Below, in pieces: positions 54,984-64,000 of a stretch of 64,000 bases of DNA; positions within the stretch are counted from its first letter, which is position 1; each line of letters begins with the position of its first letter. The notes under the pieces were generated by a model. It worked only from the letters and a program-made list of their open reading frames with translations, did no database searches and was not told the origin of the DNA. Source of the stretch: a virus (lineage: Duplodnaviria; Caudoviricetes); IMG/VR virus record IMGVR_UViG_3300028887_000117, positions 2,497 through 66,496 of that record. One strand, 5' to 3'. The translations under genes were made by a program, and so were the position numbers.

Positions 54984-57900
54984 TTTCTTTTCTTTTCTAT
55001 ATACAGTATAACACATATTTAAGAAAAAGTCAATAGTCAAATTGCACAAAGTTTTTATTTTCTTTTGTTTATTTTAACAAGAGCAAAGTGTCGCAGTGTT
55101 AATAATTTGTTTACAAAATAGGGGTTGACAAATTGAAAGAAGTGTGTTATAATAAGGACAGAAAATAAAACAAAGGAGTTGTTCATATGAATACTGTATG
55201 GGTAATAGTTAAAGATGGAAAGACTTACGGAGTCGCAAAAGATAGGATTAGTGCATATCATATCCTTAAAGAGTACGTTATTAAAAATTATAACGGAGTA
55301 CCGAAAGCAATAGCAAAAAACCTTTTGACTAAAACTTTTTCAAGTCTTGATACTAAAATGTCTATAGGTAATGGAATTTATGCAGAGGAATGGGGAATAT
55401 CTGAATAAAAGAGAGTTTTAAACTCTCTTTTTATTTTTCTCTCTCTTTCTGTCGTAAACATAATAGTTTATTCATATTTTTATTCTGTCGCAGTGTTAAC
55501 ATATCATTCATTTTCGTTCACAAATTGTTTACAAAAAAATTCTTAAAACCTATTGACAAATTGGCTTGAATGTGTTATTATATAAGTACAGTAAAGAACA
55601 ACACTAAAACCTTTAAGGAGATGTTTACTATGACAATCACAAAGACAATACTTAATAAGAAACTCGAAAACCTCAACAGACAGTTTAACACAAATCTTTT
55701 TGTTCTCAACTATGCTTATGGCGGCGTTAGACTTTGCAAAACCTTTAATGAAAACGGCGGACTGACAGAAATTTCCGAAAGAGTTTCAAAGGCTGAGATG
55801 GCAAGAATTATTGACGCTATTTCAAATACTTTTTACAAGTTTGATATAAAGGTTGATTAAATTCAACCTTTATTTTTTTTCGCTTTTGTTCTGTCGCATT
55901 GTTAACATTTAATTCATAATCAATAGTGTCGCATTGGTAATAAATTGTTAATAGTTAAAACTTTTAACTAATTAAATAAAAAAGAAAAATAACGCCTCTC
56001 GGCGTTATCTTTCCCACCACTCTATGATGTCCCACAGAGTCACGATGGCGAAAGCGGACTCGTGGTCGCCTCTCTCGTCTGCCTCTCTAAGAAGGCGATG
56101 GGTCTCCGCCCAAAAGACTCTATTATCAGACAGTGGGCGACCGTTGAGGGTGATGTTTTCAAAATTTGTCATAGTGAACAACTCCTTTATACTGTTTCGG
56201 GTTTCTCTCTTACTGTACTTATAGTATACCACACTTTAAGGCAAATGTCAATTACAATTTGATTACAAAAGGTTACAAATTAGTTACAGTTTTTGTTCTA
56301 TCGCAAACATAATACTTTGTTCATATTTAATAGTGTCGCGTTGTTCATAAAAAATTAAAAGGGGAATTATCCCCTTTTAGTTTTCTCACAATGAATAGTT
56401 ACACCATTTCTCTTAATGAAGATGTACTTTTCGCCCTCGTACTCAATGTGAAAGATTGATACATAAACGTCGTCTGCCTGAAAGTCAAAATCATTCACCA
56501 AGAGAATTTTACCATAGTGAGAGCAATTCCAAAACAGATTTTCCATTTCCTTATTTGTCATAATAAACAACTCCTTTGAATAAATTAGAAAGACTTGCAA
56601 CCTACGGCACGCCTGCACCCTCGATTATCTTTCCTTTGTTTCTATATACAGTATAACACATTTTAAAAGAAAAGTCAATAACAATTTGATTACAAAAGGT
56701 TACAATTTGGTTACAGATTTTGTTCTGTCGCAATGTTCATAATCTCTTAACAATCAATAGTGTCGGATTGTTCATAAAGTTTTAATAATTAAAACTTTTA
56801 ACTTATTCAACAAAAGGAAATGGATTGATTTCTCAATCCATTACCATTGAAATAAGTTTGCCGTGTGCAATCGTTTCGTTGCGCAACTCAATCTTATTCA
56901 TTTTGCCGCAAGTCCAACAAACATAACCGTCTGCGAATGTGTACTTATAAATTTTCATAAAATCAACCTCTTTCTATGGTTTCGGGTTTTCCTTTTCTCT
57001 ATATATATAATAACACATTTTTGTTGAAAAGTCAATAGTCAAAATGACCAAAGATTTATATTAAACTTTGTCTATTTTGCGAATAGACAAAACAAGAAAA
57101 ATGTGCTATACTATAATCAAGATAAGAAAAGGAGTTGACCACTATGAAAAACAACAACTATCGCAAGATGAACACTGGCAAATATACCATACTCACAAAG
57201 AAGAACGCTCACAAGAGAGTTCGCAAGGCAAACAAGAAGATTGCCAACTCAATAGACTAAGAGGGAGAAATCCCTCTTTTTCTCTCACTCTCTATCTGTC
57301 GCTATGTTAATAGTGTGTTCATATTTTATTCTGTCGGGTTGTTTACAAAAGGTTCATAAAAAGTTCATAAACTGTTTACAAAATATTCATTGACAAATTG
57401 ATTAGAATATGTTATACTATAATCAAGATAAGGGAAGGAAAACCCACCAAACCAGAAAGGTAGTGTTTACTATGAGAAAGACCTATACTGTTGTTATGTA
57501 CGAGAACTTTACTGATGTTGTTGCTGAAAGAACCTATACCAACAAGAAAGCCGCTTTTGAAATGGCTAAGTGGTATATGGAACGTCAGTATGAACGTATC
57601 CACCCGAACAAGAAAGCGACGGACACTCTCAGAACTTGCATCAAGTACGGCACGAAGATGTTGAAAGAGAACGGCAAAATTCCTTTTATGGTAAAGATTA
57701 AAGAGAGTTGAAAAACTCTCTTTTCTTTTTGCCGTTTGCTATGTCGCATTGTTAACAATTCATTCACAATGTCGCATTGTCAATACTTTGTTCATAAGTT
57801 TGCAGTAAAGTTTGAAGTGCGGCGCAACATAACGTGTCGCAATGTTCATAAAATATTAAAGACCTTTCAAATTGAAAGGTCTTCGTTCTCGAACATCTCA

Positions 57901-60256
57901 ACAAGTTCGTAGAACTCTTTGACTGAATGACAGTCGAATTCAGTGTTGTTAATCTCACAACACTCTTCACCATAAGCGATGAAGTAAATGGATTTGGCAG
58001 TCTTTGCCAAAACCTCAAAAGTGTTTTCGATAAACTGTCTGTGTGTCATAATAAACAACTCCTTTATAGTTTTAGTGTTTTTCTTTACTATACACATTAT
58101 ACTATATATTTAGTGATTTGTCAATATTTTTTTTGAAAATTTATTTGTAAATAATTTATGAATAAGTTTATTCTGATTAACTACTCAATAGTGTCGCATT
58201 ATTAGTCTTTTGTTCATAATTAATCTGTCGCAATGTTCACAAAAAGTTAAAGAGGGAAATTACTTTCCCTCTAAGAAAAACATTGCTAAGAACTCAAACA
58301 ATTCGTCTATATCTTTTTTTGTTTTAGTCTTATCGTTTGCGCACTTATCGAATTTTTCAACAACTCTGTTGTTCTCTCCGTATCTGTCGGTAATCTTCTT
58401 TCTCATTTGCTTTATACTCATAATACACAACTCCTTTATAGTCTCGGTTTGTTCTCTTCTATGATTAAAGTATAACACATTTATACTGTTTTGTCAATAG
58501 ATATTTTGTAAATAATTTGTGAACAAAAACGGGGCGTTATCTGTCGCATTGTTCATAAAATGTTAAAGGGATTTTTTGGTAAATCCCTTTAATCATATTT
58601 TGAAAGTTGAATGAAATTATGTTCAACTTTACAAAACGGACACCACATCTTTTTTAGATGTCCTTTTGACGTTCTGCGACTTGATTTTTTATATGCCGTC
58701 GCAACAAAATTACAAGTCGGACACTTAAAACGCCGTTCTGTTACACTTGTTTTTCCCAATGTTTAATCAACTCCTTTTGTTTTCTTTATCTATATTATAC
58801 TATAAAAAAGGGGTACTGTCAATTGACATTTTGCACAAAATTATTTCTATACTTTTGGTAAAAAATAGGGGTCGGATTGTTCATACTCTGTTCATAATCT
58901 TTTAAGGGGTTGTAAACTTTTAAGGGGTTGAGATTTTTTAGGGGTTGAAAAATTTAAAACTCATTTTTCAGAATTTTTCAAACTGTCGGATTGTTCACAA
59001 TTCAGATTTATTTACTGTCGCAATGTTCACGTTCTGTTCACGAAATGTTTATAAAATATTTACAAAATATTCATTGACAAATTCGTTGAAATATAGTATT
59101 ATATAAGTATAGTAAGACAAACCCGAAACCTTTAAGGAGATGTTTAATTATGGTAATTGAGATTATGTTAGTTATTTTCATTATTCTTACTATTGTCAAT
59201 GCGTTATGCTATTTTAAAAATGCTCATAAGGAAACTATGCCAACTTATGCGGCAATTATCTGTTTAATAAATATAATCTATGGAATTATTATTGTTATAA
59301 TAGTAATGATATATGGTATAACATCATCAACAAAAGAAGAAAGCAATTCAAATTCAAGTGACTATTCAACAGAACAAACGTTTTATTATCAAATGACTGC
59401 AACCGCAGTAAATGAAAATACCTTTATAACAGAAGATGGTAATATGTGGAGAATGAAAAACATTAACATCGAAAAAGGTAAAAAGTACCAACTTACTTTT
59501 GATAATCACGATACTGAAATAATAATAGATGATGAAATTGTTGATTTCATTGAACTAAATGAAAAGGTTGATTAATGTCAACCTTTTTTCTTTATCTAAC
59601 TGTCGCATTGTTAATAATTAATCTATATTCAACTCTATCGCATTATTAATACTTTTTTAATATTTACGCCGTGCGGCACAATGTAATCTATCGCAATGTT
59701 AATATTATCTTAACAATTCTACTTTTGTTTTAGTTAAAAATAAAAACTTATTAATAAAAAGTTTAAAAAGAAATTTTTAAAAACTACTTGACAAATCTAA
59801 AAAAATATGTTATTATATAATCAAGGAAAACGAAAGAAGCCTTAAAACCTGAAACCTAAAAGGAGTTGCTACTATGAACGCAATGTGTTACAAAACAAAA
59901 GAACCTGTATACTATAACAAGGGTACAAGTTATGAAAAAAGTTGTGATACTTTTCTCTCTTATTATGCAAGCAATGACAAGAAAGAGGCAGAAGCAGAGG
60001 CAGAATATTACAACAGAGAAAAGCCTGCTAATGATGTTAGAGGTTATCCAATTGATTGGAATAAAATAGATTATTTCTATATCAATGAACAAGATTTATT
60101 TGATGACTAAGAAAAGAGGGAAAAATTCCCTCTTTTTTTTTCGCCGCCGACAGTGTCGTATTGTTAATAGCTCGTTCACAATTTGGTAGCTCGTTCATAG
60201 CTCGTAGCTTGTTTGTAGCTCGCATTATATAGGAATAAATATGGTTATATAGACAA

Positions 60257-60725
60257 TGTGAACAGTCTGTGAACGAATTGTGAATAATCTGTGAATAAAT
60301 TATGAACGAGCAGAGCAGAGCCGAATTGTGAACGAATTATTAACAAATTGTTAACGCTTAACTTATTCATCAGAAATTCACCTCTTGTTCATATTTTGTT
60401 CACATCTCGGCTCTCGCTGCATTTGTGAACGATTTGTTAAATTCTCTTGAATACACTGTTATTATACCACTTTTTGAACAAATTGTAAAGGGCTATCGGA
60501 AATTTAATGAACAGTTCATATGTGAACAAAATATGAACAAAATATTAATAAAGTGTTAATAAGTTAAATGTTGTTAATTGTGAACAAAGTGTTAATAAAG
60601 TATGAACAAAGTGTTAATAAGTTAAAGGTTTCTAAATGTGATCAAAATGTGAACAAAATGTTAATAAAGTGTGAATAAGTTAAATTAAATTAACTATTAC
60701 CAATAAATGTAAATGTGAACAAATT
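60257..60725. repeat. 11-bp-phased TGTGAA(C/T)AA-type repeats, DnaA-box-like
   Basis: starts at 60257, 60268, 60279, 60290, 60301 and again through 60520-60720; TGTGAATAA is the reverse complement of TTATTCACA. Confidence 0.8.
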
Positions 60726-60750
60726 ATTAATAAATTAAAATGGTTATAAC

Positions 60751-60925
60751 ATACTGATTTAGTATGATTTAAAGTATACTGATTTAGTATGATTTAAAGT
60801 ATACTGATTTAGTATGATTTAATTCATAGTGTTTTAGTATGATTTAAAGTATACTATTTTAGTATGATTTAAAGTATATTGTTTTGGTATGATTTAAAGT
60901 ATACTGATTTAGTATGATTTAAAAT
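60751..60925. repeat. 7 x 25-bp tandem repeat ATACTGATTTAGTATGATTTAAAGT (iteron-like)
   Basis: head-to-tail, no spacers, internal ATACT/AGTAT palindrome. Confidence 0.92.
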
Positions 60926-61224
60926 TTGATAAAAGTCAAGTGTAATCGTTTTGTTACTTTTGTAATTAATTTGTTACTTTTATTGTAAATTGACTTGAAA
61001 AAATGGTAATTAATAGGATAGAATGTTATCGTTTTGTAATTTTTGTTATGCAATATGCACAAAAATCTTTTGGTCGTTTTGTGCACATTGACGAAAAAAG
61101 TTACATAATGATTAAAATTTGCCGTTTTGACTTGAAAAGTGCGAAAAAATCAGTATAATTATACTTGTGGATAGCAAAAACGCACCACATAACAATATTT
61201 TACATTCTAAGGAAGGTGTTTTTT

Positions 61225-61725
61225 ATGACTAAGAGAAACGACAATTTCAACACTGACGCTATAAAGGCGAATATCTACGGACTTGCAAGCACTTTACTTA
61301 TTGTTACAAATGCTTTTTGGCGTTCTGATTTAGTGGTTGCTTATCGCTTTATCCGCGCTGAAACTAAGAACGACAACGCTTTAAACTCTAATCTTTTCGG
61401 GCGTGTTTGTACTGACAATGCTTTTAAGGCTGACAAACAGTGCATTAATGTACTTAGCCGCTTTTATAAGTCTTATACTATCGACTTTGTAACTACTGTA
61501 CAGGAACTTGAAACGATAGCACAAAAGCACGATTGCAATTTAGGATTTGCCGCTGAAATAGCACTTGTTAATAGTGGACTTTACAAAAAAGCGTCTGCTA
61601 AATATGACCGCAAAGGTGTAGACTTGATAGAAAAGTCAACTAATAAACTTGTTCAAGTCAAGTGTTCTGTGGTAAAAGCTGGAAGTCACGGTTCAGCGGG
61701 CGTGACCAATAAAAAAGCACATTAA
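61225..61725 (+). CDS. hypothetical protein
   Basis: AAGGTG RBS, own promoter, terminator at 61730-61765. Confidence 0.65.
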   Translation: MTKRNDNFNTDAIKANIYGLASTLLIVTNAFWRSDLVVAYRFIRAETKNDNALNSNLFGRVCTDNAFKADKQCINVLSRFYKSYTIDFVTTVQELETIAQKHDCNLGFAAEIALVNSGLYKKASAKYDRKGVDLIEKSTNKLVQVKCSVVKAGSHGSAGVTNKKAH

Positions 61726-61945
61726 ACATTATCGGGCGTTCAATATGAACGCCCATTTTTTTTAGCTTATTTTACTTAACAAATTAACACGGGGGGTACA
61801 AATTCTTAACAATTTGTTCACATTTTCCGTACCCACACCCCCTAGCACAAAATTCACACCCTTTAAAATTTAGAATCAGATCTAAAACCTAATCCCTTGA
61901 CTTTCCGAAAAATTTCGAGTATAATATCTATAGGAGGTGAGGAAA

Positions 61946-63133
61946 TTGAAGTTTAAATTAGACTTTAGCATAGTCTCAGCAAAAGACCGACTTAACGCAA
62001 TCAAACAAATTGATTTATCTACTCTTACCAAAACCGAATTAGAGACCGTTACCAATTATGTTCTCTATGGTAAAGATGAAGATGGAACCTCTGTAGTAGA
62101 TAGAAAAGAAGTTTAGATTAAAAGGAAATTTAGTTCCTTTGATAAAAATAGAACAGTTAGCCTAGAGGCTTTACTTGAAAGCCCAACTTTTGACGAGAAT
62201 ATTTTCCTTAGAGAGAAAAACATTTATACAAAAGCTACCCCCAAAATTAAGGATGTTAGGGATAGAGTTGAACACATACCAGAATTTTAGCAACTTTGGG
62301 CAGTTATTGACCAAATGAAACGTACTTACGACGAAAATACAGGCAAATTAGAAAAAACCGAAGAAACCCCTACTCTTAATTAGACTCAAATTTACTATTT
62401 ACGCCATTAGCTAATTGAATAGTATAAACAATAGTATGCATTACTTGATTCGTTTTTACCGACTATGAGGGCGAAGAAGAATAGATCGGAATATCATGGA
62501 AGTATTACGGAGAAGCAAGTTAATTTTCCCATATTACCAAGAGGTTTAAAGAACTCAATTAACGATAAAGGATTTGAAGAACCATATTACGACAAGAAAC
62601 GAATTGCGGCTGCGCCGCAAAACGAGGAAGAAATTATTAATAGTGGAAAGCCTTATATTGATTTTAGGAACATAGACCATTTATATTACTTGATTTAGTA
62701 TTATTTAGATTTAGAAGATTCGGTTAGAAATTAGCCAGATAGTTTAATTAACAATTTACTTTGGACGCTTGATTTTTATATTGAGAAAGCAAACTTAAGT
62801 CCACAATAGAGATTAATAGTTGAAGGAAAAAAGCAAAGACTTTAGATTAAAGAAATAAGGGAAAGACTTAACAAAGAGTTAGGTATTGACCATAAAGATA
62901 ATTATATAAGTACAATTTGGAATAAAAGTTTAGAATTGATTAAAGAAGCAGTTGAATTGAATTATGATGAATTTTTAAGTAAAGATTATGAGAAAGCTTG
63001 GAAGAAATGTAGTAGATGTGGAAAGGTTTTATTGAGAGACCCTAGAAATTTTGTTAGAAAGAGCAAGGCAGTTGACGGTTTAACTGGAAGATGTAAACGT
63101 TGCGATCGAGAAGTAAGATAGGGAAATAAGTAA
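61946..63133 (+). CDS. 395-aa protein with C-terminal CxxC-CxxC Zn finger; 11 in-frame TAG (track splits it into 62465..62698 and 62936..63121)
   Basis: AGGAGGTGAGG RBS, TTG start, one frame with no TAA/TGA until 63131. Confidence 0.85.
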
Positions 63134-63228
63134 CGATTTAAGTTGTTATTTTTCTTACTCGGTGCCGCGCCCCACACTTTTTAGCAACTCTACTATAGAG
63201 ACAGCTTAACAATAATGGAGGATTAAAA

Positions 63229-63552
63229 ATGAGATTTAAGAAAAAGGATAAATTGGCTAAAGATGCATTAAGCATTATTAGTTATTTTTAGTATTTTTAG
63301 ATAACCGACTTACTTGCATTTGGTAAACTTCTAGGTGTAGAAGAGCAAGATGACTTTGAAGATTATTTAGCAGAAATAACTTTAAAGTACACAGAGTTAT
63401 CCAAGAGAGAAAAGGATAAATATTTAAAACTTGCCAAAGCATTAGCAGGTAAAACTGGTGGAGACATGAAGGAAGTTGAGAAATTAAGAGAGACTTATAG
63501 ATTAAAATTAAAAGAAAAATTAGAAGAAAATTCCGAAAAAGTTGGAGACTAA
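63229..63552 (+). CDS. hypothetical protein with 2 in-frame TAG (absent from track)
   Basis: GGAGG RBS, continuous frame to TAA. Confidence 0.75.
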
Positions 63553-63695
63553 AATTTGTTGATTACTTACTTAGTGCCGCGGCTCAAAAAGTTTTGAATG
63601 GGTTTGGGATAAACGTATGATTTGTCAAGACCTATGCAGAAATTTGCGAAGCGCGGCACAACGTATATTTAAACAAATGAAAGAAGGTGATTAAA

Positions 63696-64000
63696 ATGGC
63701 ATCAAAAGTATGTATGAAATGTGGTGTCGAAAAATCTACTGCAAACTATATCGCTGTAAATTCTCCAATTCATAATGGAAGTTTACCTATATGCCGCGAC
63801 TGTATTGCAGATATGATTGAACAATCGGAAGAAAAATGGAATACGGTTGATAAAATATGTTAGTGGGCTGATATACCTTTTGTTCCAGAATAGTGGGAGA
63901 AAATTTATCAAGGTCAAGGAAGAAATGCTTTTGGAATGTATGCAAGTATTTTCCGTTCTTCCCCATATGATACTCTTGATTGGAAAATGTATAATGATGT
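63696..64000 (+). CDS. Zn-finger protein, truncated by window end, 2 in-frame TAG; possibly terminase small-subunit-like (weak)
   Basis: AAGGTG RBS; CMKC...PICRDC...IC*WADIPF. Confidence 0.65.

Larger units (their letters stand above)
51059..60110. other. about 20 further single-gene cassettes encoding small hypothetical proteins (e.g. 51059, 51603, 52064, 52398, 53014, ~53579, 55187, ~55626, ~57470, 59150, 59874 on +; 53896, 54496, 56005, 56367, 57867, 58260 on -)
   Basis: each has TTGAC(A/T)-17-TA(T/C)AAT-type promoter, AGGAG RBS, hairpin terminator. Confidence 0.65.
37740..60230. repeat. array of promoter-gene-terminator cassettes separated by motif-built spacers
   Basis: more than 60 copies of TGTCGCA(T/G)TGTT(C/A)A(T/C)A-like motif (hand count) plus AATTAGTTAAAAATTTTAACTAATT-like palindromes bounding spacers. 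Confidence 0.9.

Noticed and set aside
2503-58464. Many antisense or alternate-frame track ORFs (e.g. 2503..2805, 9234..9701, 15618..16112, 24118..24432, 29726..30145, 40160..40513, 47280..47699, 50181..50525)
   Set aside because: Shadows of better-supported genes on the other strand or frame; Ile/Phe/Ser-rich composition, no RBS
37740-60230. Cassette spacers as CRISPR repeats or canonical integron attC sites
   Set aside because: Intervening DNA is whole genes with their own promoters in both orientations; no constant-length spacers, no clear RYYYAAC...GTTRRRY sites with extrahelical bases, no integrase in the window
60751-60925. 25-bp repeats as a CRISPR array
   Set aside because: Head-to-tail with no spacers and no cas genes

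Overview
64 kb segment of a large, very AT-rich tailed-phage genome. The host is inferred to be a Bacillota/Clostridia-type bacterium from sigmaA-type TTGACT-17-TATAAT promoters and AGGAGG RBSs. The phage appears to read TAG as Gln (genetic code 15): in-frame TAGs interrupt otherwise intact genes at Gln-conserved positions, so the supplied code-11 ORF track fragments or misses several genes. 1-36 kb (+ strand): early/accessory genes (RNA ligases, Pnk-HD, kinase-like proteins, nicotinamidase, methyltransferase, homing endonucleases) interleaved with 29 tRNA genes covering all 20 amino acids. This part also holds a group I intron with an HNH gene in tRNA-Leu(UAA), a ROOL/GOLLD-like large RNA, a YrlA-like tRNA mimic and several repeated structured-RNA motifs with covariation. 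37.7-60.2 kb: an array of roughly 35 promoter-gene-terminator cassettes in both orientations, separated by spacers built from one repeated 15-bp motif; some cassettes express only small RNAs. 60.2-61 kb: 11-bp-phased DnaA-box-like repeats plus 7 x 25-bp tandem repeats. From 61.9 kb: TAG-dense, probably late genes. No TAG-reading suppressor tRNA, integrase or CRISPR array was found in this window. All calls are by eye; no database searches were run.
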